64,000 nucleotides of DNA from an uncultured virus (IMG/VR IMGVR_UViG_3300021495_000067) (lineage: Duplodnaviria > Heunggongvirae > Uroviricota > Caudoviricetes). Positions 38,434 to 49,312 of this stretch are shown piece after piece. The notes under the pieces are model-generated. The model was not told where the DNA came from. It saw nothing but the letters and a program-made list of their open reading frames with translations, and searched no databases. Both the position numbers and the translations under genes were made by a program. Location of the stretch: the IMG/VR virus record IMGVR_UViG_3300021495_000067; one strand, written 5' to 3'. Each line of letters starts with the position of its first letter. Position 1 is the stretch's first letter.

Positions 38434-39582
38434 CTACTCAAAACTTTCAAAAAACTTTTTTATTCTCTTTGCAATCTTACTCTCTTTTGTGTTTCGATAA
38501 TAAAGAATAAAAATTTTTGGAGTAGTTTTTGTATTATGCAATGCACGCCCAATTCTTTGCAAATTTTCCCTTCGTGTTGAATTATAGCTGTATAGTATCA
38601 ATACGCTTATTTGTGGCAAATCTAAGCCTTCTTCAAAAATATGAGCATTTACAAGAACAATAGGAAATGAAGTATTGATAAACCTACTCACCAGTTCTTT
38701 TCGTTCCTTCTTTTTTAACTCGCTATGTAACGCTAACGCTTCAATTCCAATTTCATTAATCCTTCTCGCTATCATCTCAGCAGTTTCAATACGCTCAGTG
38801 AAAACTATGGTTTTTTTGAAATCAACTCCAGTAAGAATTTTCTCCAATACTTTAAGTTTCATCCTCGAATTAAACAATATTTCATTCCTTTCAAATGCAC
38901 ACGCTTTAAACCACATTGGTGCATCATCGAAATCAACAAATTTCTTTGTATTATTCCGCATCTTCTCTGTTAGCATATCATACCTTTCCTGCTCAATTTC
39001 AGTAAGGTTTACAGGCTTTAAAACAATCTCAGGTCTTAATAGGATTTTATCTCTGTATGCTTGGCTCAAAGTATATCTGTAAACCAGAGGTATATCCCAA
39101 CCACCACCTATCCTTGCCAATCTCTCTGGAACTGGTGTTGCTGATAAGCCCATGATATACCTGTAATCCACATTATCCCAGATTTTGAAGTTTATTGGCG
39201 CCAGAATGGAGTAATGATGGATTTCATCCAGTATAACAGTCTTGCATGAAAAAGGTTGGTCTCGCATGGAATTTATTACTGCTACTGTCGCTACCTTATT
39301 ATAGCAGTCAAGGGTTTTATTTGGATTGTATTTTTCACCACCTCCTATACCTCTTATGGTTACATTAGGATAGAATTTCTGTATCCTTCGTTTCCACTGC
39401 TCCTTAAGCTCTATCGTTGGCACTACTATTAGGAAAGGGAACAGTGAGTCTTTTTCCATCAGTTTTAATCCTAAATAGGTTTTTCCTGCACCTGTTGGTG
39501 CTTGAATAATTCCTTGTCCTTTATTATTTATCCACTCCTTTAAGGCTTCCTTTTGCCAGTTATGTAATGCTATTTCAGTCAT
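38434..39582 (-). CDS. SF2 DExH helicase (XPB/Rad25-like)
   Basis: LHNWQ, APTGAGKT, VPTIELKEQW, LDEIHH, GLSATP, EEGLDLP and QRIGR motifs. Confidence 0.92.
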   Translation of the reverse strand: MTEIALHNWQKEALKEWINNKGQGIIQAPTGAGKTYLGLKLMEKDSLFPFLIVVPTIELKEQWKRRIQKFYPNVTIRGIGGGEKYNPNKTLDCYNKVATVAVINSMRDQPFSCKTVILDEIHHYSILAPINFKIWDNVDYRYIMGLSATPVPERLARIGGGWDIPLVYRYTLSQAYRDKILLRPEIVLKPVNLTEIEQERYDMLTEKMRNNTKKFVDFDDAPMWFKACAFERNEILFNSRMKLKVLEKILTGVDFKKTIVFTERIETAEMIARRINEIGIEALALHSELKKKERKELVSRFINTSFPIVLVNAHIFEEGLDLPQISVLILYSYNSTRRENLQRIGRALHNTKTTPKIFILYYRNTKESKIAKRIKKFFESFE

Positions 39583-39842
39583 TTATCTCTCCTTTCATTT
39601 TTAAATATTCCCATGAATAAACGCATGAATAAATATCCAATACCAGACCAAATTATTACAAGTGTATTTGCTTCCATTATTAAACCAGTAACTCTCCAGA
39701 ATTCAGCAGCAGTTTGATTTTCAGGCATTAGATGATAACCAACAATAGGAACCAAATAAGCTAACACAAGAGTATTGAGAATTACAAGAGTTGTTAAACT
39801 TAATAGAAAAATTGCCTTAATAACATCAAATATCTTTATCAT
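39579..39842 (-). CDS. Small two-TM membrane protein
   Basis: Two hydrophobic helices. Confidence 0.6.
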   Translation of the reverse strand: MIKIFDVIKAIFLLSLTTLVILNTLVLAYLVPIVGYHLMPENQTAAEFWRVTGLIMEANTLVIIWSGIGYLFMRLFMGIFKNERRDK

Positions 39843-40199
39843 TTTTTTATTTCACCTTTTCAACTTTATGTTTCTCTATCTCCTTGTTTAACTTTTCAAT
39901 TTCCTCATTAACCTTCTTCAGTTCTTCTTCTAATCGTCTTCGCTTCCTTATCTTGTTTGCTACCACTATTTTTAATGTCCTTATATCCATCATCTCTATC
40001 ACCAATTATTATATTAGAATTTATACTATATAAAGGTTAAGGTATAAAGGTATTGACCTTCTTAATGTTGGATTTTCTATTATCCCCTGTCTACCATTTT
40101 CTATCCATCTTCTTAAGACTTCTCTCTGCCATCTGAACAAACTTATTTTGTTCATTTCTACTTTTTCATTCCTTTATTAATCATTTTAACCATTTTTAA

Positions 40200-40565
40200 T
40201 ATGGTTTATATGTTTATACATTTTGATAAATGTATAAACATTTTATACATTTATACATTGGTATAAATGATTCAATAATATCCTCTCTATTACCATTCTT
40301 AATATCCTTATTTTCACCATTTACCAGACTAATAAGAACATTCAGAATAAAAGAATCTGAATGTCTTACTCTTATTGAGATTCAATCTTACTGAGATTTA
40401 GTTAATCTCAGTAAGAGTCTATTTCTTTGTTTAATAGTCTATTTAATTATCTATCAGTTTTTTTCTTTTCAGCTTTTTAAATTTTAAAAAGCTGAAAAGA
40501 ATTAATTATTATATATCTATTATATATTAATTCCGCCCAGCTTTTTAAATTTTAAAAAGCTGAAC
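40200..40565. repeat. AT-rich cluster of inverted repeats (candidate origin or control region 2)
   Basis: IR ATGTTTATACATTT/AAATGTATAAACAT near 40210-40241; IR TCTTACTGAGATT/AATCTCAGTAAGA 40386-40416; 19-bp IR 40463-40501 whose 25-bp core recurs at 40538-40562. Confidence 0.75.
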
Positions 40566-41240
40566 TCAATCTCTCATCATATCCATTATTTTGGTTATTT
40601 TTTCCTTCTCTAAGGTTATTCTGTAAAATTTAGTTCCTCTTTCTCCTTTATAGCTCCTTAGTAATCCCACCTCTTCAAACTTTTTAAGGTAATCATAGCT
40701 CTTATTCCATTTCAAACCTGTTATCTCTCTAAATTTACTGGCTGTTAATTCTTCGTTCTCTGAGAAATACCTTATTAAATCCAGAGCAAAGGGTATTCTT
40801 AAAATCTCAAATAAGTTTGTTTTTGGCTCTGATCTATCTTCCTTTGGTGTAGGATATAGAAATTCTGTGAGGGTATCCCTTAAACTTTTTATACTACTTT
40901 TTGAGAGTTGAATTCGCATATTAATCATGCTATAATCCTTATCCTTGATAGGTGCAATATCATCGTTCTTAACAACTGCTGTCCATACCAGAGTAAAATG
41001 CTTTCTTTTATTCTTTTTGTCTCTTACTGAGTATTCAAGAATATTCTCGCCTTGTAATGTTTTTATTTGTCCTAAATGCTTGTAGGTATGTTTGTTTTGG
41101 GGCTCTTTAAAATCTACGAATGGTGGTAGCTCTTTAAATCTAAGTAAATCATCATCGCCTGTGATTTCTACGGATAGTTTCCCTGTTTTTATGCCATCAA
41201 CAATTCTTATGGCTGGATTTCTGCTTTCTATTACTTTCAT
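40566..41240 (-). CDS. Protein with C-terminal ArsR-like winged helix
   Basis: LTASKFREITGLKWNKSYDYLKKFEEVGLL..YKGERGTKFYRIT. Confidence 0.7.
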   Translation of the reverse strand: MKVIESRNPAIRIVDGIKTGKLSVEITGDDDLLRFKELPPFVDFKEPQNKHTYKHLGQIKTLQGENILEYSVRDKKNKRKHFTLVWTAVVKNDDIAPIKDKDYSMINMRIQLSKSSIKSLRDTLTEFLYPTPKEDRSEPKTNLFEILRIPFALDLIRYFSENEELTASKFREITGLKWNKSYDYLKKFEEVGLLRSYKGERGTKFYRITLEKEKITKIMDMMRD

Positions 41241-41433
41241 TTTCCTTTCTCTTATTCATTTCTTCCTCTACCCAATCGTATAACATCTCTGTAACTTTAC
41301 TGTCAATTCTGTCCAGTAGATGTGTCTCTTTAATAGCAACAAAAAGGTCTAACGGTATTGTTGCACGGATTTGGTATGTTCTGGGCATGTTTCTCAAGCT
41401 CCTATCCAGTTTCAATTCTTTCATTTCTTCCAT
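41197..41433 (-). CDS. Small protein, possibly ribbon-helix-helix
   Basis: TYQIRATIPLDLFVAIK strand-helix pattern. Confidence 0.4.
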   Translation of the reverse strand: MEEMKELKLDRSLRNMPRTYQIRATIPLDLFVAIKETHLLDRIDSKVTEMLYDWVEEEMNKRKENESNRKQKSSHKNC

Positions 41434-41958
41434 ATTCTTCCTTTCTCTTTTAATTAAATTAAAAGATTTTATTCTATTTATTTTTTATCTCTCAGAGTAT
41501 AACCTTTCATTCTCCTTTTTCCTCCTTTGGACTTCCTTCCAGAGTTGTTCTGTTATCACTGAGTCTATCTGCTCAAGAATGTTCCATCTCTTGAGCTCTA
41601 TGAATAAACTCTCAGGTATAACGCAATGCACTCTCCTTACTCCTTCCATACCTTTTTCCATTTCTCCATCTTCCTCCTTTTTCTTCCATTATTTTTTATC
41701 TTTCTAAATTTTTAATTTTGTATCATCTCATTTGTATCATCTCATAATCGCTCTATTCTTCCATCACAGTATCGCAAATTCATATCAACAATAGACTTTC
41801 TATAATAATATGTTAGGTCAAGGTAATAGCACTTTCCTCTTTTGTAGATATTGTGATACCTTGTATAGCCCTTTCCATATTTTTGTTTCAGATACTCTTT
41901 TACTTCCTTTTTTATTTTTATTACTACCCTTCCTTTTTCTTCCATTATCAATTCTATA

Positions 41959-42267
41959 TTAAGGTTTGATGTATATATTTATTTTTCTTTCACCAGCAAA
42001 AAACTCAGGTTTAAATAGTAATGATGGGAATTTCTTTCTGACTGATTTCAAAACTTCCTCTTTGTCTGTGTATGGGTCTAATATTGATATTACTCCAAGA
42101 TGAGGCAAAAAGAATCCATTCTTTTCGCCATAGTAAAATTTTACTTTGAATGGTAGTTTTCGTCTATCTGTCCATGCAGCTCTTAAATAACCTAAGCGTC
42201 CATAGCTCATGCAGAACTTCCTTATTCTCATCACAAGATTTTTATATTCCTTACTTCCTTCTTTCAT
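41959..42267 (-). CDS. Basic hypothetical protein
   Basis: K/R-rich ORF in a coupled cluster. Confidence 0.6.
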   Translation of the reverse strand: MKEGSKEYKNLVMRIRKFCMSYGRLGYLRAAWTDRRKLPFKVKFYYGEKNGFFLPHLGVISILDPYTDKEEVLKSVRKKFPSLLFKPEFFAGERKINIYIKP

Positions 42268-42584
42268 TTCAACACCACAGCATAACCTTTTAATTCACCT
42301 TTCTCCTTCATTTTTGCCAGTATCTCAAATGCTTTCCTATCAGATACAATCAACTTACGATTGGCTTTCTTCACCTGCTGATTTGAGAACGACCAACCAT
42401 AGGTATGCCAGCTCGCTGAATGTGGTGGCTTGCATAATATCAACTCTGAATGTTTCAATCGTCCTACATCCTTTATGCGAAACTGCCATAACGATTTTGT
42501 TTTTTGCGATGCCCTATGGTAACGTTGCCACCAGTTACCTGTGTGCACTATTACACGATTGGCGGTTTCTTTTATCTTGGGCAT
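42264..42584 (-). CDS. Basic hypothetical protein
   Basis: K/R/W-rich ORF. Confidence 0.6.
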   Translation of the reverse strand: MPKIKETANRVIVHTGNWWQRYHRASQKTKSLWQFRIKDVGRLKHSELILCKPPHSASWHTYGWSFSNQQVKKANRKLIVSDRKAFEILAKMKEKGELKGYAVVLK

Positions 42585-42617
42585 TCCAGTTCCTTAAACT
42601 ATCCTTATTCCAACTTT

Positions 42618-43004
42618 TTATCTTACTTCCATCAGAGTAGGCTGTGCTTCTCGTTTGCTTGTTGTTAGTCTTATGTTTCTTGCGCCTCTCGGTAACTCTA
42701 CAACCTTCTCTATAATCATCTCTGTTCTCTTTACCTTGTATCTTGTCTGTCCTCGCTGTGCGGTATACGGTCTTCGTGTGTTTACATAATAAAACTTTAT
42801 GCCATATACCATCTTCCCATTTCGCTTCTCTACTTTTCCTCTTTTTACATCTACAACTCTACCACTGATATACACTCGCTTTACTCGTGGCTTCCATACC
42901 CTTGTACCTGCTCGTGTTCGTTCAAGATTTTCATACATAATGTAGTAATACCTGCCTACACCAACTCTTGGGTATTCGGTTGGTCTATATACCATGCTTA
43001 TCAC
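42618..43004 (-). CDS. Arg-rich beta-strand protein
   Basis: ORF with GGAGGTGA RBS. Confidence 0.65.
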   Translation of the reverse strand: MISMVYRPTEYPRVGVGRYYYIMYENLERTRAGTRVWKPRVKRVYISGRVVDVKRGKVEKRNGKMVYGIKFYYVNTRRPYTAQRGQTRYKVKRTEMIIEKVVELPRGARNIRLTTSKREAQPTLMEVR

Positions 43005-43266
43005 CTCCTAACTTTTTTCTCAGGTGGTATATATGTTGGTGGTAAACCTAATCCTTTGAGAACTTGCTTGTATTTCTTACCACCATCCTTTACTATCCTC
43101 TTTACACCTTTTCTCAATAGCTTGTTTCGTAACGCTTGTTTCGTAACTCTGGCTGGTCGTAGGATACAGGTATCCATACACCACTGCGCCATATTAGCCT
43201 GCCTTTGCTATCTATCTTCCCTAAGCCTATACCACCTTGCTCTGTATATATTGTTACATATTGCAT
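43001..43266 (-). pseudogene. 83-aa gene frameshifted by a 14-bp tandem duplication
   Basis: GCTTGTTTCGTAAC x2 at 43120-43147. Removing one copy joins MQYVTIYTEQGG... (ATG 43266, GGAGGAG RBS) to ...LRNKLLRKGVKRIV...KKVRR. Confidence 0.7.
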
Positions 43267-43402
43267 TTTTTATCTCCTCCTCATCTTTGGATGTCTGCAC
43301 TTGTTTGTTCTATTCCTACCTCTACCTCCTTCTCTGAATCCCCGTCTACTTCCATCTTTCCTACCATATCCTTTTCGTGACATTTTTTATCTCTCTCTTT
43401 TC

Positions 43403-43711
43403 TTATCCTTTATAATAAACTATCAGCTTGTAATCTCTGTTATTTATTGCCTTGTATGTTATATCCTCTGTCCTACCTTTGTATCGTATGTATGTAGGAT
43501 GACCAGCATGAGAGCCGTATCCTCCTTTCAGTATATAGTGTTTGTCGAGATACTGTATTAATTTTACAGGGGCATTCCATCGTTTTGCCTCCCCATGTAT
43601 GGTATTTCCAATCTGTCTGATATTTTTAAAGCCTGCTCTATACATAGCAGACTTTAACTTATTAAATACTTTTTCTTTTCCTCTACTTCTCTTCTCTGTC
43701 ATATTTATCAC
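43403..43711 (-). CDS. Basic hypothetical protein
   Basis: ORF with GGAGGTGA RBS. Confidence 0.6.
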   Translation of the reverse strand: MINMTEKRSRGKEKVFNKLKSAMYRAGFKNIRQIGNTIHGEAKRWNAPVKLIQYLDKHYILKGGYGSHAGHPTYIRYKGRTEDITYKAINNRDYKLIVYYKG

Positions 43712-43724
43712 CTCCTAATATTTT

Positions 43725-44024
43725 CTATCCCCACTTCGTATCGTAGTCTGCTTTCAATCCTAATTTCTCTGCTCTTCTGTTTATTGCTCTCGCCGTTTTT
43801 GTGAATTCTTCCTGTGCTACCTTCTTCATCTTCGCTATCTTGCCTCTGAATGCTTCTTTCCATGCTGGTGCATGGCATAGCGTTACCAGGTACATGCTTC
43901 GTTTATGCAACTCCGTTAATTGTGCTCTTGTTTTTGCTCTTGCTACCTCTTTACGGATTTTTCGGTTTATCTCCCTTATATCTGTTACTCCATTTACAGC
44001 TTGGTATATATGCCTTCTTTCCAT
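43725..44024 (-). CDS. Basic helical protein
   Basis: ORF downstream of the TATA box at 44058-44073. Confidence 0.65.
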   Translation of the reverse strand: MERRHIYQAVNGVTDIREINRKIRKEVARAKTRAQLTELHKRSMYLVTLCHAPAWKEAFRGKIAKMKKVAQEEFTKTARAINRRAEKLGLKADYDTKWG

Positions 44025-44360
44025 TTTTTACATCACCAATTATTTATTATACTTTTCTATATAAAAAGTTTTTTATTTCTTGGTGGATTTGTGGTATTCA
44101 CTTCCAACTAACCCTTCTATATACTGATGAGCAAAATGTTGCATCTGTGCCCTTATTTCTTCTATTTCTTGTTCCACCCTTCGCTTATTCTCCTCTAATG
44201 GTAATGAGAAATCATAGATTTCTTCTACATTTACTAACCATATAGGAACACCACTATCATATACAATCTGTCGTAACCTTTCTATTTCCTTACTTACTAT
44301 TATCTTCTTCCTCTTCTTTCTTTTTTTCCTCTTCTTTGTGTTTCTTTGTGTTGTTATTGT

Positions 44361-45668
44361 CTATGCACCTCCTCCTCTACCCAGAACAGTTACTAATGCT
44401 ATTATTGCAACTACAATTATCAATACTGCGAATGCAAGAGGCACATAGCGTTCCCATTCGCCTTTTAACTCTTCACGTGTCATTCGCTGTATTAGAAGCA
44501 CCAGTTGTTGCATATCCTGCGCTAACATGCCCATAGGTGAGTTATTAAAGGCATAGGTATAAGAGAACCAGCCATGCTTAACTGGTTCAGTTTGCACTTC
44601 TTGTTGTAACTGCGCTATCTGCTCTACTACATCTTCTTTTGTTAGTTTTACTCTTGTTTTTTCTGTTTCATATACTGTCCATATATCTTCTTCTTTGTCG
44701 TGAATAATCGTATATTTCTTCTTTTCACCACTTTCGTCTGTTCCTACTTTCAGTATGTATTCTGTCTCCTCTTTGTTGTTGGGAATAAGCTCTGCATCAG
44801 GGATATTTATGTTTCCATCTTCCATTGTGCCAATCTCAAGTCCAGGGTTGATAACATCAGGCACTGTTAATTTGCAGACATTACCGATTTTTTCTATTGT
44901 TGCCTTTATTGCTTTTGTTTTACGCTCTATTATGTTTATATTGCCTTCTTTATCTCTGGTAATCATTAGCTTTTTAGGGTTGAGATTTGTATTGTATTTA
45001 CTATTTAGATACTCAATTATCTGGTTTCTATCTAATGGTTTATACCTTATTGCTATACCTTTCTCATTCAATTCTTCAATTAGTTGATGATTGAGTTGCA
45101 ATGGTGATTTATTGTTGGTATCAAGTGCGAATTTCTTTGTTAAGATTTCTCGCTCCACCTCTGGCTGATACTCGGCAATATAGTTAGCCACATCATGGTC
45201 TAAATCACTGCGTGGTGTGCTCGTAAGTATTAGTATGTCTGAATCAGTCAGGAAATTCAATTCTGGATAATTTTCTCTTGCATGTTCAATTATTGTCTCC
45301 AGTGCTCGTGCATTCTTATCGCTCATGGAAAATGGGTATTGGGTTGAGAAATGATGGATTGGAACACCATCAACTGTCCTATTTTCTGGTGCATTGCCTT
45401 GTAATTTCGGGTCTATCAGTATTCCATGTTCAGAACCTTGGAAATGGATATCACGCCTTCTGCGTTTCTTACCCACCATGAATGCTGTTCTACCTGCTGA
45501 ATCAGTTATCTCCAGTATCGCTAATTTCTTCTTTCTTGCTTCTTTGAATACTTTTGCCTCTGGTGCCCATTTCTTTATGTCAAGGTAGTATTTTAGAGAT
45601 AACACTACAACAACCCATAACGCTATAAAAAGCCCTACAACCATATACATCAAAGTTAATACATCCAT
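44361..45668 (-). CDS. Membrane protein with N- and C-terminal TM helices (morphogenesis module)
   Basis: Terminal hydrophobic helices; GGAGGTGA RBS. Confidence 0.75.
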   Translation of the reverse strand: MDVLTLMYMVVGLFIALWVVVVLSLKYYLDIKKWAPEAKVFKEARKKKLAILEITDSAGRTAFMVGKKRRRRDIHFQGSEHGILIDPKLQGNAPENRTVDGVPIHHFSTQYPFSMSDKNARALETIIEHARENYPELNFLTDSDILILTSTPRSDLDHDVANYIAEYQPEVEREILTKKFALDTNNKSPLQLNHQLIEELNEKGIAIRYKPLDRNQIIEYLNSKYNTNLNPKKLMITRDKEGNINIIERKTKAIKATIEKIGNVCKLTVPDVINPGLEIGTMEDGNINIPDAELIPNNKEETEYILKVGTDESGEKKKYTIIHDKEEDIWTVYETEKTRVKLTKEDVVEQIAQLQQEVQTEPVKHGWFSYTYAFNNSPMGMLAQDMQQLVLLIQRMTREELKGEWERYVPLAFAVLIIVVAIIALVTVLGRGGGA

Positions 45669-45724
45669 TCCTTTTGTATCACCTCCTTATTTATTATTTT
45701 TAATAAACTCATTTAAAAACCTTT

Positions 45725-48700
45725 TTACTGCACTCCTACTTTTCGTGCTTTATCCATCAACAATGCAAGCACAGATATTACTGTTGCGAGTGATAATGCA
45801 CTTACCATAACCTTGTTCGGTGCTAAATTTAGCCAGCCAATGCCATAAAATACCCAGCTCACTATACACACTATTAATGAGCCCTGTAATGCAGTAGTTG
45901 CTCCGAATAAGCCCCCGATAAAGAAAATCAGTGCTATTGCTATCACTGGATATGCCTTCTCTGGTAGTTCTAAATCTGTCAATAACCCCTTGAATTTAAC
46001 ACCATATTCCCATATCCGCTCACCGAAATCCTCGTGTATTGCTGTTATCCTAACACCAAACGAACGCCCTTTATATGGTGTTACGATAAATGACTGGTTC
46101 ACAATGCTCTGGTTCGTTACTGTATAGTTGTATACCACTTCTTTCTTGTTGAGAACTGCTAACCGAGTTATATTAATATTGAGACTTGTTGTCAGGTTGC
46201 TGGGGTCAGTGTAGTTCACACAAATTATTGCATGTGTCTCATTTATCTTTGATGTTGTAATATTTACTGTGGTTGCCATTATCTCTTGCTTACGCCTCTC
46301 TTCTGGACTGTATTCCCATGGCAGTATTACTATTGTATATTCGTTAGCTGTTGGATATTTGAACCATGTCTTGTTTATGCCTAAGGTATCATTTCTGAAA
46401 TTCACCTTATATTTGATTGTCTCAACCATCGTAAATGCTATCTGTCCGTAGCTATCAGTTGTTCCATTCTGTGTGGTGTTGTATATCTCAGTTGCATTTG
46501 TAAATCCAAAAATTGTGCCTAACCATCCATAAGGATGTGTGATATTATATCCTACTGCCTCTACATACAAATTTGGTATTCTATTGCCATAAATATCCTG
46601 CACTGTGAATGTTACTGTTTTGGCTTTTGGCAATAGATAATATTCAGATTCACTTATTGGTGTCAATGACACAGTCATTTCTTTTGTATTATCTATTACA
46701 ACTGTCTCTGTATGGACATAGTAGCCATTAGCAGTTATACGCAAGCTATAATACCCTGTTTCTAAGCATCTGAACTTAACAATGCCATTTGTTGCTGTTT
46801 TCGTTTCGCCTGTGCCTAAATCAGCACTGAAATTAGTTATTGATATACCTGTCTTTGCATCTATTGCTTTTAAAGTTAGTGTATATTTTGTTGAGCATCG
46901 CCATGCTAAATCACCTGATGCATAGTATTTTATTTCACCATCTTCATCATATACAAAAGCATAGCCTTCATCTGGTATGTTGATGTAGCAGTTGGTGCAT
47001 ACACAAGGATATAATGCTGAAATCAATGAAGGATAGACTACATCTTTGCCTGTTGGATATAGTATATCTGTTGCTGAGCTCCATGAACCTGTTGTTTTGT
47101 TGCTCTCTCTTATTACATAGTTATTATGATGCGCACTGCTCTGTCCATACCATACTACTCTTACATAGTCATTAGAGTAGATAGAAATAGATGGATTTCT
47201 CTGTTCATAGATACCACCATCACAGACAGTTTCTATACTGCTCCATGTGCCATCTGATTTGTATTCTATTGCTTTAATTTTGTGGTCTTGGGTCTGCCAT
47301 ACTATCCATGCGTTACCGCTTGTGTCTGTTGCTATACTCGGATAGGTTTGGTTATAGGTTTCACCAGTGGTTATATTGTGAACAGGTTGCCAGCTTGAAG
47401 TATACATACGATGCTTGATATTGTATGTATTTGTTGTTGTATTCAATTCCTGCCATATTACATGGATATAGTTATTTGTATCTATTGCAATTGAAGGGTA
47501 TTGAGGATAATTGTCTTCTCTTAGGTTCTGTATTGAACTCCACAATGTGCCGTTATAATCTCTATAACATATCTTGCCTATATCTGTATACCATACCACA
47601 TGGATATTATCATTGCTATCAACAGCTATTGCAGGCACATGTCCCAAATCAGCACTACTTATATCTTGTTCGTTCTCCCAGCTCAAACCATTGTATTTTT
47701 TGTATTTTATGCCATCATTGTATTTCTCATACACTACCCATAGATTATCTTCCGAATCACTCGCTATTGCTGGATTCTTACAATCAACACCGGGTTCTGT
47801 CAAAACACTTTCTGTCCATGTTGAACCTCCATCTGTGCTCTTTGCATAATAAACACGATAATTAGAACCGTCATATTTGGTATAAACCCTATGTAAATAA
47901 TTGTCAGATGTGCGAACAAGTTTGCGTTGTGTATTGTATTGGGTTATGCTTGTATCTGCATATATATCTTCAGTTTCCTCTTCTGTCCATGTCTGCCATC
48001 CTCCTGAAGGTCCGTATTTAACATTTATACTAATATTATCTATCCATAAGCGAGTTGTTTCGTGATCAAGAGCAGAACAAGCACTGGATTCATAAATATA
48101 AAATAATATTTTTGCTTGTCCAATTTTCCAGTTAGAGTCTATGCTTATGTTTTCCGAGCCACTACCAGAATTTGATAAACCATGACTTACTTTTTCTTCA
48201 CCATCTACTATCACTTTATAACCACAACTTTCACCGTATGTGCCAGTTATTTGTGAGTGCCAATCAAAGGACAAATAATTACCTCTTAATGAGAAATTTG
48301 TTTGATATAATTCAACATTATAACAATGATTGACCTCCAGTTTAGCTTCACCACTGTCCCATATAACCTCCCCACTATCACTGCCCCAAGTTTTATTTTC
48401 CCAACTACTCAAATTCAAATCGAAATATCCATTATTTATAGGAACTCCTGAGTCCATATTGCTTAGTAATGAATTAATATCACTGGTTGTATTGACCAGA
48501 TTATTTCCATAATAAAGATAAACTGTTCCATTGTTAGGTATCCATATCCACACCTTAATTGGATCAGTTGTGTTGTCTACAATCCAATAATTTAGCTCTG
48601 TTGTATCATTCAAGACAAATCGTATATCATCAAAATCTGATTGTGAATGCTCATTTAAGAAAACATCAGTAGCATTATTCTCTCCACTATCGCTATGTAT

Positions 48701-49312
48701 CATTAGTTTATATGTATAACCACCACTTGGCACATTATTCAATGTAGAATTAATCCTATATTGCCATGATACATTCCACCATGATAATCTTTCATCTTCT
48801 ATATCCATAAACTTTGGTATGGTTAATATCTGTTTATTACCTAATTCTGCACGCTTCTTTGTTACTACTACCTTATATAATTTTGTTTCATTTTTCTTTA
48901 TCGGTGTTGCTCTGCCTAACCAGTTCCATTTCAATGGTTGCCATTCATTATCTTCCCAAACATACCACTCTATACTTTTTATTTTGTCTGATGCATCATT
49001 ATGAGTTTTATTTCTGAACCTTAACCCGAAATCTCTGCCTTTCTTTGGTGTGTAATCACTACCTAATGCTGTTATTTCAAAAATCTCTTCAAACTTGCAT
49101 ACACCTTCCTTTTTTGAAATTGATTTGATTTGTAACTGCTGTTTTGTATCGCTGTTTGTTAGTGTTAATTGTTTAATATGTGGATGAAACTGCTTTTTTA
49201 TTGCTGGTGTATGTCCTAAGCCTAAGAAAGCACTACATGAGCTTGAGAGTAATATCAATAGAATTATAACCGCAAAAAATGCAGATAACCATCTCAAATT
49301 ATTCATTCTCAT
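45725..49312 (-). CDS. Large secreted, membrane-anchored virion/adhesin protein (DUF2341, beta-propeller-like repeats, PEGA-like domain)
   Basis: Signal peptide; WWNVSWQYR...DFDDIRF...YWI...YLYYGN (DUF2341); repeated PAIAxDSxDNxHVVW blades; many N-x-S/T sequons; three C-terminal TM helices. Confidence 0.8.
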   Translation of the reverse strand: MRMNNLRWLSAFFAVIILLILLSSSCSAFLGLGHTPAIKKQFHPHIKQLTLTNSDTKQQLQIKSISKKEGVCKFEEIFEITALGSDYTPKKGRDFGLRFRNKTHNDASDKIKSIEWYVWEDNEWQPLKWNWLGRATPIKKNETKLYKVVVTKKRAELGNKQILTIPKFMDIEDERLSWWNVSWQYRINSTLNNVPSGGYTYKLMIHSDSGENNATDVFLNEHSQSDFDDIRFVLNDTTELNYWIVDNTTDPIKVWIWIPNNGTVYLYYGNNLVNTTSDINSLLSNMDSGVPINNGYFDLNLSSWENKTWGSDSGEVIWDSGEAKLEVNHCYNVELYQTNFSLRGNYLSFDWHSQITGTYGESCGYKVIVDGEEKVSHGLSNSGSGSENISIDSNWKIGQAKILFYIYESSACSALDHETTRLWIDNISINVKYGPSGGWQTWTEEETEDIYADTSITQYNTQRKLVRTSDNYLHRVYTKYDGSNYRVYYAKSTDGGSTWTESVLTEPGVDCKNPAIASDSEDNLWVVYEKYNDGIKYKKYNGLSWENEQDISSADLGHVPAIAVDSNDNIHVVWYTDIGKICYRDYNGTLWSSIQNLREDNYPQYPSIAIDTNNYIHVIWQELNTTTNTYNIKHRMYTSSWQPVHNITTGETYNQTYPSIATDTSGNAWIVWQTQDHKIKAIEYKSDGTWSSIETVCDGGIYEQRNPSISIYSNDYVRVVWYGQSSAHHNNYVIRESNKTTGSWSSATDILYPTGKDVVYPSLISALYPCVCTNCYINIPDEGYAFVYDEDGEIKYYASGDLAWRCSTKYTLTLKAIDAKTGISITNFSADLGTGETKTATNGIVKFRCLETGYYSLRITANGYYVHTETVVIDNTKEMTVSLTPISESEYYLLPKAKTVTFTVQDIYGNRIPNLYVEAVGYNITHPYGWLGTIFGFTNATEIYNTTQNGTTDSYGQIAFTMVETIKYKVNFRNDTLGINKTWFKYPTANEYTIVILPWEYSPEERRKQEIMATTVNITTSKINETHAIICVNYTDPSNLTTSLNINITRLAVLNKKEVVYNYTVTNQSIVNQSFIVTPYKGRSFGVRITAIHEDFGERIWEYGVKFKGLLTDLELPEKAYPVIAIALIFFIGGLFGATTALQGSLIVCIVSWVFYGIGWLNLAPNKVMVSALSLATVISVLALLMDKARKVGVQ

